Assembly (NCBI GenBank): GCA_964409825.1
Contig: CAYPFH010000001.1
Coordinates: 1 to 53,172 of the forward strand
Origin: an uncultured Desulfobacterales bacterium
GTDB lineage: Bacteria > Desulfobacterota > Desulfobacteria > Desulfobacterales > CAFBRK01
Length of the DNA: 53,172 nt
Reading direction: 5' to 3'
The translations under genes and the position numbers were made by a program. The notes beneath the pieces were generated by a model. It searched no databases, was not told the origin of the DNA, and worked only from the letters and a program-made list of their open reading frames with translations. Positions 7,191 to 15,784 of the stretch are shown here, in pieces (positions within the stretch are counted from its first letter, which is position 1; the number at the start of each line of letters is the position of its first letter).

Positions 7191-7664
7191 ATGGCCGAAT
7201 TCTCCCACATCGACGGCGAGGGCCGGATCCAGATGGTCGATGTGACCGAAAAGGGCGTCTCCAGCCGCCGGGCCGTCGCCCGCGGGCAGATCGCCATGAA
7301 GCCGGAAACCCTGGCGCAGATCCTTTCGGGCCGTACGAAAAAAGGCAATGTTTTGGAGACCGCACGCATCGCCGGCATCATGGCCGCCAAGAAAACCGCC
7401 GATCTGATCCCGCTCTGCCACCCCTTGAGCCTGACCCATGTGCAGATCGATTTTCATCCGGACCAGACGTCCGGCGCCATCGACATCGAAGCGGTTGCCC
7501 AAGTGCTGGGCAGCACCGGTGTGGAAATGGAAGCGCTTACCGCCGTTGCGGTTGCCGCCCTGACCGTCTATGATATGTGCAAGGCGGTGGACCGGGAAAT
7601 GGTGGTTTCCGACATCCGACTGATGGAAAAAAGCGGGGGAAAAAGCGGTACATTCCAAAGATAA
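7191..7664 (+). CDS. moaC: Cyclic pyranopterin monophosphate synthase MoaC
   Basis: MAEFSHIDGEGRIQMVDVTEK...KGNVLETARIAGIMAAKKTADLIPLCHPL...GVEMEALTAVAVAALTVYDMCKAVD is the canonical MoaC sequence. Confidence 0.92.
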   Translation: MAEFSHIDGEGRIQMVDVTEKGVSSRRAVARGQIAMKPETLAQILSGRTKKGNVLETARIAGIMAAKKTADLIPLCHPLSLTHVQIDFHPDQTSGAIDIEAVAQVLGSTGVEMEALTAVAVAALTVYDMCKAVDREMVVSDIRLMEKSGGKSGTFQR

Positions 7665-7703
7665 AAGCGCTGGCGCGCTTTTATAAAGGCGGCTTCGCCG
7701 CCT
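7663..7703 (+). terminator. Two tandem hairpins after moaC (AAAAGCGC-tggc-GCGCTTTT, then AGGCGGC-ttc-GCCGCCT)
   Basis: Read directly. The first hairpin has A/T-run arms (bidirectional terminator shape) and starts in the moaC stop codon. Confidence 0.5.
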
Positions 7704-7715
7704 GAAGGACGATAG

Positions 7716-8942
7716 ATGAAATTTTCTCGTATCGTGGTCGGCCTTCTGATCGCGGTCGTCGCTGGAGGGTGTGCCGTTCAGGCACCGATTCCGGAGCCGG
7801 TGCCCGTTTCCGCACTGATACGTGTGATGCCCGACCAGGTGCCGGTGTTTTTCGACGACATGGCCTTTGACGGGCTTGCCAATGCCATCGACCAAAGCCT
7901 GGTCTATGTAAAACGACTTCCTCCGGAGAGGGAATTCGCCTTCGGCACGGACCGGTATTCGGCTTCCCACATGGTCCGATCCCTGACGGTTTTTAAAGAC
8001 TTTCTCGGCACCCGTCCCACCGCCCGGGAGGTGACGTCCTTTCTACGGGACCGATACATCGTCTACCGCAGCTCGGGGGGCGAAGGCAGCGGCCGGGTGC
8101 TGTTTACCGGCTACTACGAACCGTTTTTGCAGGGAAGCCTGGCGCCAACCGAAACATACCGGTACCCGGTCTACGGAATACCCGAAGACCTGGTTCAAAT
8201 CGATCTGTCCCTATTCAGCCCGAAATACACCGGAGAGCGGATCACCGCCCGGATCGAAAATCGCCGCATCCTTCCTTATTTCAATCGGGAGGACATCTCC
8301 TTTGAAAACCGCCTCCAGGACAGAGCAGAAATTCTTGCCTGGGTGGACAGCCGCATCGATCTTTTTTTCCTTCAGATTCAGGGCTCCGGCAGGATCTTTT
8401 TAGAAGAGGGCGGCGCAATCAACGTCCAATACCGGGCATCCAACGGCCATCCATACCGAAGCATCGGACGGCTGCTCATCGAGGAAGGCAAGATCGATCC
8501 AAGCCGAATGTCGATGCAAAAAATCCGGCAATATCTCCTGGAGCACCCCGAAGAGACGAGGCGGATCTTGACCCATAATCCAAGCTATATCTTTTTTCAC
8601 ATCAAAGAAGAAGGCCCCACCGGCGCCCTTGGGGTCGAACTAACACCGGGGCGCTCCCTAGCGATGGACCGCCGGCTTTTCCCGGATGCCGCCCTGGCGT
8701 TTGCCGAATCGAAAAAACCGCTGATCGACGGCAGCGGCATCATTGCAGACTGGACCGACCTTCATCGCTTCGTCTTGAGCCAGGATACCGGCGGGGCGAT
8801 CCGGGGACCTGCCCGAGCCGATCTGTTCTGGGGAAACGGCCGCTACGCAGAGCTGGCGGCCGGGCACATGCAGCATCCCGGCCGGCTCTTTTTTTTCATT
8901 CTTTCCGAAGACGATCTGCCGCTGACATCAGCGTCCCGTTGA
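7716..8942 (+). CDS. mltA: Membrane-bound lytic murein transglycosylase A (MltA family lipoprotein)
   Basis: Lipobox MKFSRIVVGLLIAVVAGG|C. MltA/3D-domain motifs are present: QIQGSGRI, YRSIGRLLIEEG, NPSYIFF, TPGRSLAMD, SQDTGGAIRGPARADLFWG. Confidence 0.85.
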   Translation: MKFSRIVVGLLIAVVAGGCAVQAPIPEPVPVSALIRVMPDQVPVFFDDMAFDGLANAIDQSLVYVKRLPPEREFAFGTDRYSASHMVRSLTVFKDFLGTRPTAREVTSFLRDRYIVYRSSGGEGSGRVLFTGYYEPFLQGSLAPTETYRYPVYGIPEDLVQIDLSLFSPKYTGERITARIENRRILPYFNREDISFENRLQDRAEILAWVDSRIDLFFLQIQGSGRIFLEEGGAINVQYRASNGHPYRSIGRLLIEEGKIDPSRMSMQKIRQYLLEHPEETRRILTHNPSYIFFHIKEEGPTGALGVELTPGRSLAMDRRLFPDAALAFAESKKPLIDGSGIIADWTDLHRFVLSQDTGGAIRGPARADLFWGNGRYAELAAGHMQHPGRLFFFILSEDDLPLTSASR

Positions 8943-9030
8943 CGCAGTCAACGGACTGCTGAGATGGGCGCACGTGCATCTATAAAGAATCCGTCGTGGA
9001 GAAAAAGGGCTGCAGCACTTTCGCTGCCGG

Positions 9031-9060
9031 TTGACAGGGCTTTGTCGAATGGAGTATTTC
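9031..9060 (+). promoter_or_regulatory. Candidate sigma70 promoter for tatBC (TTGACA-N17/18-GTATTT)
   Basis: TTGACA at 9031-9036 and TATTTC/GTATTT at 9054-9060. The -10 element is weak. Confidence 0.3.
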
Positions 9061-9121
9061 ATGGCGGATTTGCCTCTGTTTTTCGGGAAGGCCTCCCGGC
9101 GGCGCTGAAAGGATAACCACC

Positions 9122-9601
9122 ATGTTTGGTATCGGAATGCCGGAATTGATCCTGATTCTGGCCATTGCCCTGATCGTGATCGGGCCGAAAAAACTCCCGG
9201 ATGTCGCCCGCGCCCTGGGACGCGCCATGGGAGAATTTAAAAAAGCCACCCGGGAGCTGAAAGAGTCCATGGAGGTGGAAGAAGATTTCCGGGAATTGAA
9301 AAACGTCAAAACCGCCTTCGATGAGCTCAACCACAAAATCAAGGATCCTCTTTCCTTGAAGAAAGCCGGCGCGGACGGCAAACCTGCCGGCACCAAAGCC
9401 TCGGACGAACGAACGCCCCCGGCCCCGGATGAAAACGCCGCCGGCGGCGCCTCTTTAAAAAAACCCGACGAAAAAGACCCGAGAAAACCGGCTGTGAAAG
9501 AGAAAACAGATTCCGCTTCAGCAGAAGAAGAAGCCGGGGCAAATCCTCCCGGAGCCGCATCGGAGAGCAGAACCGACCGGGGAGCGCCTGAAAATGACTG
9601 A
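9122..9601 (+). CDS. tatB: Twin-arginine translocase subunit, TatA/TatB family (the 159-aa length and tatC coupling favour TatB)
   Basis: [42 protein letters not shown], followed by a long charged, low-complexity tail. It overlaps the tatC start by 8 nt. Confidence 0.85.
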   Translation: MFGIGMPELILILAIALIVIGPKKLPDVARALGRAMGEFKKATRELKESMEVEEDFRELKNVKTAFDELNHKIKDPLSLKKAGADGKPAGTKASDERTPPAPDENAAGGASLKKPDEKDPRKPAVKEKTDSASAEEEAGANPPGAASESRTDRGAPEND

Positions 9602-10352
9602 AGACGAAAAGCTTCCCTTCACCGGACACCTGGAAGAACTGAGGCGCCGGCTGATTATCTGCTTTATTTCCGTCGGCATCGGATTTGCCGGCGGCTACCT
9701 GTTCAAGAAGCGCCTGTTTGAAATCCTCATGAATCCGCTGGTAAAGGTGATGAAGCCCGGTCAAAACCTGGTGTTCACCGGTCTTCCCGAGGCCTTTTTC
9801 ACCTATCTGAAAGTCTCGCTGCTGACCGGCATCCTCATCGCCTCGCCGGTGATCATCTATCAATTCTGGCTTTTTGTGGCCCCCGGCCTCTATGATCGGG
9901 AAAAGCGCCTTCTGATACCGATCGTCCTTTTGTCCACCGTCTTTTTCGTGGGAGGCGCCCTGTTCGGGTATTTCATCGTCTTTCCGTACGGGTTTGAATT
10001 CTTTCTCGGTTTTGCGACCGAGATCATCCAACCGCTCCCCTCCATGAAGGAATACATGTCGTTTTCCTCCAAGCTGCTCATCGCCTTCGGGCTGGTCTTT
10101 GAACTGCCCCTGGTCATTACCTTTTTGGCCAAGCTCGGGATCGTTTCCGTCGATTTTCTGAAAAAGAACCGCAAGTACGCCCTCCTTTGCTTTTTCGTCG
10201 GTTCGGCCATTTTAACCCCTCCGGATGTAGTCACCCAGGTGATGATGGCGCTGCCGCTGATGGTACTCTACGAGATCAGCATCCTCGGCGCCCGGGTGTT
10301 CGGCAAAAAACCGCTGGAAGACGCGCTGGAAGAAGAAAACGATGCCGCCTGA
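9594..10352 (+). CDS. tatC: Twin-arginine translocase subunit TatC
   Basis: [15 protein letters not shown]..., a six-TM pattern, [10 protein letters not shown] and [10 protein letters not shown] are canonical TatC features. Confidence 0.92.
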   Translation: MTEDEKLPFTGHLEELRRRLIICFISVGIGFAGGYLFKKRLFEILMNPLVKVMKPGQNLVFTGLPEAFFTYLKVSLLTGILIASPVIIYQFWLFVAPGLYDREKRLLIPIVLLSTVFFVGGALFGYFIVFPYGFEFFLGFATEIIQPLPSMKEYMSFSSKLLIAFGLVFELPLVITFLAKLGIVSVDFLKKNRKYALLCFFVGSAILTPPDVVTQVMMALPLMVLYEISILGARVFGKKPLEDALEEENDAA

Positions 10353-10356
10353 TCCG

Positions 10357-10400
10357 CCCCCCTTTGCCGCCGTCTCCGGAGCCGGCGGCAAAAGGGATTT
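10357..10400 (+). terminator. Imperfect GC-rich hairpin after tatC (CCCTTTGCCGCCG ... CGGCGGCAAAAGGG) followed by ATTT
   Basis: Read directly: 7-bp GC core plus extensions with one bulge. The T tract is weak. Confidence 0.4.
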
Positions 10401-10404
10401 ATCA

Positions 10405-10434
10405 TTGACACATCCCTTTCCGCGTTGGTAGGAT
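10405..10434 (+). promoter_or_regulatory. Candidate sigma70 promoter for the cytochrome c3 gene (TTGACA-N18-TAGGAT)
   Basis: TTGACA at 10405-10410 and TAGGAT at 10429-10434. A strong SD (AAGGAGGGAAG) precedes the ATG at 10502. Confidence 0.45.
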
Positions 10435-10501
10435 TCGCAGCAATATAAAGAAAGGAAAAAGGGTTTTTGGGACCAACTGGAAAAGGAGGGAAGCAGAGGA
10501 T

Positions 10502-10978
10502 ATGAAACGTCGATCTTTGATCCTGATTGCGGCTGTGTCCGGATTCGCCATGCTGTTTGCTGGTGTTGTCGTCGCCGGAACCGACTTTGAGGATGTGATT
10601 ATCTTAAAGCCGATTGCAGGCGAGGGAAAGTACCAGGACCGTACGGTCACTTTGACCCACAAAAAACACTACGAGGAATACAACATCGGCTGCGGGGACT
10701 GCCACCACGACGAAAACGGCAAGCCCTTGAGCGACCTGAAAATCGGCGACGATGTCCAAGAGTGCATCGAGTGTCACAGCAAACCGGGCGAAGTCCCCAA
10801 GGATGAAAAGATGAAGTGGCGCAAGGAGCGGGTCCCCAGAAAAGAACAGCAGAAGATGAGTCTGGAATACCACGCCGAAGCCTTCCACGAAAACTGCATC
10901 GAATGCCACAAGGACTTCAACAAAAAGAACAAAACCAAGGCAGCGCCCCAGGCCTGCACCCAGTGCCACGTAGAATAA
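10502..10978 (+). CDS. Periplasmic tetraheme cytochrome c (cytochrome c3 family)
   Basis: Signal peptide MKRRSLILIAAVSGFAMLFAGVVVAG. Four CxxCH motifs are present (CGDCH, CIECH, CIECH, CTQCH). Length is 158 aa. Confidence 0.85.
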   Translation: MKRRSLILIAAVSGFAMLFAGVVVAGTDFEDVIILKPIAGEGKYQDRTVTLTHKKHYEEYNIGCGDCHHDENGKPLSDLKIGDDVQECIECHSKPGEVPKDEKMKWRKERVPRKEQQKMSLEYHAEAFHENCIECHKDFNKKNKTKAAPQACTQCHVE

Positions 10979-11003
10979 CATCGCTTTGCGATGGCAAAAA
11001 AAA

Positions 11004-11032
11004 GGGCCGCCCTTATGGGCGGCCCTTTTTTT
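11004..11032. terminator. Bidirectional rho-independent terminator between the convergent cytochrome c3 and dsrN genes
   Basis: AAAAAAAA-GGGCCGCCC-ttat-GGGCGGCCC-TTTTTTT: a perfect 9-bp GC stem flanked by an A-run and a T-run. Confidence 0.85.
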
Positions 11033-11070
11033 ATTGAGCCAACGTTGATCGTCTCGCAAGAGGTCCGAAA

Positions 11071-11215
11071 CTCTCTTATCCCGCCATTAACCCTCTTATC
11101 CCGTCATTCCGGCGAAAGCCGGAATCCAGTGGTTCCAAAAAGTTGTGGATGCCCCCGAACTCAATTCGAAGGCCGGCATGACGCTTCGGGGAGTTTTTAC
11201 GACCTGGTCAAGTTT
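11071..11215. repeat. REP/MITE-like non-coding element: a 16-nt direct repeat CTCTTATCCCG(C/T)CATT x2, then the hairpin ATTCCGGC-gaaa-GCCGGAAT and further short stems
   Basis: Read directly. The spurious translations RHSGESRNPVVPKS...GRHDASGSFYDLVKF resemble artefact peptides that, from memory, arise from a short repeat family in deltaproteobacterial genomes. The family assignment is from recall, not from a search. Confidence 0.5.
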
Positions 11216-12644
11216 CGGGCTTCGTCTTCAATTGATTTTGATGATATTTTGGCCTGCGTTGAAATTCGCGGGCTTGATCGACCAGGGCCGGGGCCCATTG
11301 GGGCGTGCCGGTGGCATGGATGTGGGAGTAGGTAGCCAGGACGTTTCGGTAAACGAGTCCGTCGCGGCCGCCGGTCAGCCCTTTTCCCCGCTCCATGGAA
11401 AAGACCAGGTCCGCATCGGTTCCTCTGAATTCAACCACCTTCGAATAGTGAAATTCGTGCCCCCGCAAGCGGGTGCCCACCGGGTAAAAAGGGTTTTTTC
11501 TGTCCGCGGAAAACATCGTATAGCCGTGGCCCTGGGGCTTGCGGGAAAATCCGTAGACCACCGGCAGCGCGCCGGTCATGGGAAATTCGCCCTCGGCCAG
11601 GACCAGCTTCTCGCCCAGGTACATGAGCCCCCCGCATTCGGCATAGACCGGGAGCCCGTCTTCGATCCGCTCCTTAAGCTGCCGGCGGAACCCGCCGTTT
11701 CCGGCCAGCGCCGCCGCATGGGTCTCCGGAAATCCCCCGCCGATATAAAGCCCGTCGATCTGCGGCAATGCGTCCGCCGCTAGCGGACTGAAAAACACCA
11801 CCTCGGCGCCGGCGTCTTCCAGTGCCTCGATGTTCTCCGGATAATAGAACTGAAACGCCGAATCCCGGATGACCCCAATGACCGGCAACTCCGCATCCGC
11901 GCCCTTCGGACCGTTTTTGAGCGCCGGTCCTTCGGCGTAGTTGGCCGGCTCCGCCGGCGGCGAACTATTTTTCGCCATCGCCCACAGGGCCTCCAGATCG
12001 AGATGGGTGCGGGCCATTTCTGCGGCGGCCGCCGCAGAATCCCGGGCCCACCCGTGTTCTGCGGTGGGGACCAGCCCCATGTGCCGCTCGGGGAAGTCCT
12101 CCGCATCCAGCTTGGGCACGGCCCCTAAAACCGGCAGGCCGCAGTGGTGCTCGATGCTCTTTGTCAGGATCGATTCATGACGGGCGCCGGCGACGCGGTT
12201 CAGGATCACACCGCCGATCGGAACCGATGGATCGAACTGACAACATCCGACGACGACGGCCGCCAGGGTTCGTGTGGTTTTCGTCGCATCCAGGGCGAGC
12301 ACCACCGGCGCTTCGATCAGCTTTGCCAGTTCGCCCGTACTGGTGCTTCCTTCCAGGTCGATGCCGTCGTAAAGCCCCCGGTTTCCCTCGATGACCGATA
12401 CGTCTCCGGCGGCTGCGCGGCGAAAAAACGACTGTCGAACTGTTTCCGGGGGGATGAGGAAGGTGTCCAGATTGAAGCAGGACCGGCCTGCCGCCAGGGC
12501 AAGCCAGCCCGCATCAATGTAATCCGGACCCTTTTTGAAGGGAATGACGCGCATGCCGCTGTCCACCCAGGCGGCAATGATCCCCACCGAAAGGATGGTC
12601 TTACCCGATCCGCCCCGGAGGGCCGAAATCAGGAGCCTTGGCAT
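11208..12644 (-). CDS. dsrN: Cobyrinic acid a,c-diamide synthase family amidase; by position after dsrABD, the siroheme amidase DsrN
   Basis: MPRLLISALRGGSGKTILSVGIIAAW...PDYIDAGW... plus a C-terminal glutamine amidotransferase domain (YAECGGLMYL). The ATG at 12644 was chosen; the upstream extension of the ORF is not protein-like. Confidence 0.85.
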   Translation of the reverse strand: MPRLLISALRGGSGKTILSVGIIAAWVDSGMRVIPFKKGPDYIDAGWLALAAGRSCFNLDTFLIPPETVRQSFFRRAAAGDVSVIEGNRGLYDGIDLEGSTSTGELAKLIEAPVVLALDATKTTRTLAAVVVGCCQFDPSVPIGGVILNRVAGARHESILTKSIEHHCGLPVLGAVPKLDAEDFPERHMGLVPTAEHGWARDSAAAAAEMARTHLDLEALWAMAKNSSPPAEPANYAEGPALKNGPKGADAELPVIGVIRDSAFQFYYPENIEALEDAGAEVVFFSPLAADALPQIDGLYIGGGFPETHAAALAGNGGFRRQLKERIEDGLPVYAECGGLMYLGEKLVLAEGEFPMTGALPVVYGFSRKPQGHGYTMFSADRKNPFYPVGTRLRGHEFHYSKVVEFRGTDADLVFSMERGKGLTGGRDGLVYRNVLATYSHIHATGTPQWAPALVDQAREFQRRPKYHQNQLKTKPET

Positions 12645-12708
12645 GGTTCCAGCCTGCGGCGTGCGCGGCGCGTCGTGGTTGTCGGAAACGATGGAAGCGG
12701 CAGCCTTT

Positions 12709-12951
12709 CTATTCGTGCTCGGCGCCCCGCTGTTTTCCGGTGCCGGGCAGGCCGTACATGGAGGTGCTGCCGGAAGACCAGTACTCGAGAAGCCCATCTT
12801 GGATCATCTGGTTCACGATCTTTTTGGCGTCCCGCGGCTTGGCATCCAGAATCTTGGCCAGGTCGTTGAAGTAGAACTTGGACTTTACTTTCTGCTTTTT
12901 CTGAAGACCGTCAATGATCTTGTTTTTCGATTCCTCATAGTCCAGAGCCAT
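12709..12951 (-). CDS. dsrD: Dissimilatory sulfite reductase-associated protein DsrD
   Basis: 80 aa. MALDYEESKNKIIDGLQKKQKVKSKFYFNDLAKILDAKPRDAKKIVNQMIQDGLLEYWSSGSTSMYGL is the canonical DsrD winged-helix sequence, located immediately after dsrB. Confidence 0.9.
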   Translation of the reverse strand: MALDYEESKNKIIDGLQKKQKVKSKFYFNDLAKILDAKPRDAKKIVNQMIQDGLLEYWSSGSTSMYGLPGTGKQRGAEHE

Positions 12952-12971
12952 TTTCGTGCCCCCTAATTGTT

Positions 12972-12997
12972 GCAGGGGGCGGCGCTCCGCCCCCTGC
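12972..12997 (-). other. Perfect 11-bp GC-rich hairpin (GCAGGGGGCGG-N4-CCGCCCCCTGC) in the dsrB-dsrD spacer, with no U tract
   Basis: Read directly. It lies between the dsrB stop (13013) and the dsrD SD/ATG (12951). Confidence 0.75.
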
Positions 12998-13012
12998 CGT
13001 TGGTCGGTTCTT

Positions 13013-14158
13013 CTAGAACTTGAACTGGCTCGTCTGGCGCCAGGTAAAGTAGGCCGGATCGCGGAAATCGTCGATCAGGTGGTGGGAGAAGTCAAGCTCG
13101 CACTTCTCAAAGAACCGCTCCCATCCGATCCGCTCGGCCCATTCTCCCAGCCGCTCGTATTTGTTGGCGCCGGCCGCATAGGCCTCGACCATCTTTTTGA
13201 TGCAGTCCGTGGTCTCGGGCCAGCGCGGAGGGCTGTTCGGCAAAAAGGCCACGACGACCTTAGAGAACTTCGGCGCGCTGATCCGGTTGGAGACCTTGCC
13301 GCCGGCCATGATAACGATGCCGTCGCCCTCTTGGTCTGCCAGGGGCATGGCCGGGCACATGGTGTAGCAGTTGCCGCAGAACATGCACCGGTCGTTGTTG
13401 ACGGCCACGGACTTGAGCTCTTTTCCGCCGACTTCCACCTTGGCCGGTTTGATGGCCGCCGTCGGACAGGCGGCGATAGCCAGAGGAATTTCGCACATTT
13501 TGTCCATATACTCGTGGTCGAGCATCGGCGGCTTCCGATGGTAGCCGAGGATGGCGATGTCCGAGCAGTGGACCGCCCCGCACATGTTCAGGCAGCAGGC
13601 CAAAGAGACCCGAAGCTGAGCCGGCAGACGCATGTTCTGAAAGTCGTCAAACAGAACGTCCATGGTCGCCTTGACCGGGCCGGAAGCATCGGTGGCCGGG
13701 GTGTGGCAGTGGATCCAGCCCTGGGTGTGGACGATGTTGGTTACGCCCGCGCCGGTGCCGCCCACCGGGAACTTGTAGCTGCCGCCGGCGAATTTGCGGC
13801 TGTGCAGATCGTCGATGAGCGGATCGACCTTGTCTTTGCTGTCGACCATGAACTCGATGTTGTTTCGGGTGGTCCAGCGGACATGGCCGCCGCAGTGCTT
13901 GTCGGCGATCTCGCAGATCTCCCGGATGAGGGAGGTGGTCATCAGCCGGGCGCCGCCGCAGCGGACCGAGTAGACCTCGTCGCCGGACTCGGCCACATGG
14001 ACCAGGACGCCGGGTTTGATGACCTCGTGATAGAGCCATTTTCCCTTGTTCTTGGCGATGACCGGCGGATAGAACTCGTCGTATTTCCGAGGCCCGATGT
14101 CGGTGATCCGGTTTTCCATCGGTTTGTCGGGATTGTATCCAGAAGAAATAAAAGCCAT
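13013..14158 (-). CDS. dsrB: Dissimilatory sulfite reductase beta subunit
   Basis: [46 protein letters not shown]..., Cys clusters ([29 protein letters not shown]) and the C-terminus WRQTSQFKF. Confidence 0.95.
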   Translation of the reverse strand: MAFISSGYNPDKPMENRITDIGPRKYDEFYPPVIAKNKGKWLYHEVIKPGVLVHVAESGDEVYSVRCGGARLMTTSLIREICEIADKHCGGHVRWTTRNNIEFMVDSKDKVDPLIDDLHSRKFAGGSYKFPVGGTGAGVTNIVHTQGWIHCHTPATDASGPVKATMDVLFDDFQNMRLPAQLRVSLACCLNMCGAVHCSDIAILGYHRKPPMLDHEYMDKMCEIPLAIAACPTAAIKPAKVEVGGKELKSVAVNNDRCMFCGNCYTMCPAMPLADQEGDGIVIMAGGKVSNRISAPKFSKVVVAFLPNSPPRWPETTDCIKKMVEAYAAGANKYERLGEWAERIGWERFFEKCELDFSHHLIDDFRDPAYFTWRQTSQFKF

Positions 14159-14171
14159 TGCTGTCCCCCCC

Positions 14172-15488
14172 TTATCTCTGATGTCTTTTGCGGAACTCGT
14201 TGATGTCGCGATCCCAGCCGCCCTCGACCTCTTCTTCCTTCCAGAAGATGTAAGGGTTGGAGCGGGGCTCCTGCACCATCCGCGGATCCGGATCAACGCC
14301 AAGGACTTCGATCATTTTCTGCAGTCCCTGACGTTTCATGAGCTCGCCGAGCCGCTCCCGGTTCTTTCCTTCTTCCATCCACCAGTCCCAGATCGGTTCG
14401 ATCACCGTTTCTTTGACTTCCGTGTACGGGGATTCGGCCTTGATAAACGGCACGATCAGGGTTCCCATCTGGGCGCCGTCGAGAATCGGGGCCTTGGCGC
14501 CGGCAAGAATGGTACACCCGCGGTCATCGCCGATGCGAAGCGCCCGCGGCATGACGTTGAGACAGTGCATGCACCGGGTGCACTCTTTGTTGTCGATCAT
14601 CAGCTTGCCGCCTTCCATCCACATGCACCGGGTGGGGCAAAGGTTGATGACTTCCTTTTCGATGTCGAACGGTCCCCAGTCCCGGCCCTTGTGGGCGCCG
14701 CCGTTGGGGAGAAATTCGCCGCCGATATATGCCTGGACCGCTTCCTGGTCGATCTTGATGTCGTCTTTCCAGGTGCCGATAAAAGACAGGTCGGCCCGGG
14801 CGATGGAGGCCACGCAGCAGTTGGGGCAGCCGTCGAACTTGAATTTGAACTTGTAGGGAAACGCCGGCCGGTGAAGCTCGTCCTGGTATTCCACGGTCAG
14901 GTCGTAGCACATATCCTGGGTGTCGAAGCAGGCCCATTCGCAGCGGGCCTGACCGATGCAGTCGGCCGGGGTGCGGAGGTTGGAGCCTGAACCCCCCAGG
15001 TCCTGATTCAGGTTGTGGGTCAGCTCAAAAAAGACTTCTTCCAACTGCTTGGTGGTGGTTCCCAGGAAGATGATGTCTCCGGTGGACCCGTGCATGTTGG
15101 TGATGCCGCTTCCCCGCAAATCCCACAGGTCGCAAATCTGGCGCAGATACTCGGTGGTATAGAACTTGCCGCCGGGTTGGGCCACGCGCATGGTGTGAAA
15201 GTGGGCCACGCCCGGGAACTGTTCGGGCTGGTCGCAGTACCGGCCGATCACGCCCCCGCCGTAGCCGAACACGCCGACGATGCCGCCGTGCTTCCAGTGG
15301 GTTGCGCCGTGCTTGAAAGAAAGCTCCAGCACCCCCAGAAGGTCCTCGCAGACATCCGATGGAATCTGGAACTCTATCCCCTCTTCGTTCTTGGCCCGAA
15401 CTTCCGCCTGGTGCTTCAGATCGGACACGAAGCTCGGCCAAGGACCGGATTCGAGCTGATCCAACATCGGGGTTTCGTGTTTCGCCAT
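14172..15488 (-). CDS. dsrA: Dissimilatory sulfite reductase alpha subunit
   Basis: [29 protein letters not shown]..., [60 protein letters not shown] and a ferredoxin-like CTRCMHC. Confidence 0.95.
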   Translation of the reverse strand: MAKHETPMLDQLESGPWPSFVSDLKHQAEVRAKNEEGIEFQIPSDVCEDLLGVLELSFKHGATHWKHGGIVGVFGYGGGVIGRYCDQPEQFPGVAHFHTMRVAQPGGKFYTTEYLRQICDLWDLRGSGITNMHGSTGDIIFLGTTTKQLEEVFFELTHNLNQDLGGSGSNLRTPADCIGQARCEWACFDTQDMCYDLTVEYQDELHRPAFPYKFKFKFDGCPNCCVASIARADLSFIGTWKDDIKIDQEAVQAYIGGEFLPNGGAHKGRDWGPFDIEKEVINLCPTRCMWMEGGKLMIDNKECTRCMHCLNVMPRALRIGDDRGCTILAGAKAPILDGAQMGTLIVPFIKAESPYTEVKETVIEPIWDWWMEEGKNRERLGELMKRQGLQKMIEVLGVDPDPRMVQEPRSNPYIFWKEEEVEGGWDRDINEFRKRHQR

Positions 15489-15659
15489 CGTTTTACCTCC
15501 ATTCTTGCTGTAGAAAAATGTTCACCCTGTGTGAAATGAATGGTTCCTACCCCTAAAGCCGGCCTCGTCACCTCCTCTCAATTGCCTGATATTGTTCAAT
15601 ATTAATGTTCACGTGCAGATCGGGTGATGCGCTCGGGTCAAGTGTCGCTCAAGGTCGGC

Positions 15660-15688
15660 AATATAGAATTATTCGATTTTCTTGTCAA
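15660..15688 (-). promoter_or_regulatory. Near-consensus sigma70 promoter for dsrABDN (TTGACA-N17-TATATT) with an upstream T-rich tract. It predicts a ~165-nt 5' leader.
   Basis: The minus strand reads cttttttaTTGACAagaaaatcgaataattcTATATTgcc. The -35 element is at 15683-15688 and the -10 element at 15660-15665. Confidence 0.6.
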
Positions 15689-15784
15689 TAAAAAAGCATG
15701 GTTTCACACGGTTAGGGAGCGGGCAAGGCCTCGCCGACCAGACATTTTACACACCATCTTGCGGCAGAGGAAAGCGGCTCGTCT

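Noticed and set aside
10435-10501. c-di-GMP/cGAMP (GEMM) riboswitch upstream of the cytochrome c gene, as seen in Geobacter
   Set aside because: The predicted leader is only about 65 nt and lacks the GEMM conserved segments (GCAAA...GGACGCAAAGCC-type).
10991-11783. ORFs 10991..11335 and 11145..11783 as small genes between the cytochrome c3 gene and dsrN
   Set aside because: They are translations of the terminator plus the REP-like element, and of the antisense strand of dsrN.
12956-14203. 415-aa ORF antisense to dsrB. Similar long ORFs lie antisense to or out of frame with real genes: 809..1636, 3190..4035, 7128..7970, 15815..16558, 15885..16595, 17774..18808, 18091..19116, 21225..22229, 22581..23465, 23321..24775, 23721..24734, 26734..27729, 28920..30149, 30258..31136, 32626..33444, 34661..36022, 36294..37079, 37148..37921, 38765..39595, 46084..46950 and 51248..52105.
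   Set aside because: Each overlaps a confidently identified conserved gene in another frame or strand. Their products are Arg/Gly/Pro/Ala-rich and low-complexity, as expected from open antisense frames in ~60% GC DNA. No recognisable motifs are present.
15606-15619. parS-like or Rex-like palindrome TGTTCACGTGCAGA in the dsrA leader, and TTCAC-N5-GTGAA nearer to dsrA
   Set aside because: The first matches only half of the parS consensus and is not a palindrome. The second has its half-sites in the opposite orientation to the Rex operator (TGTGAA-N6-TTCACA).
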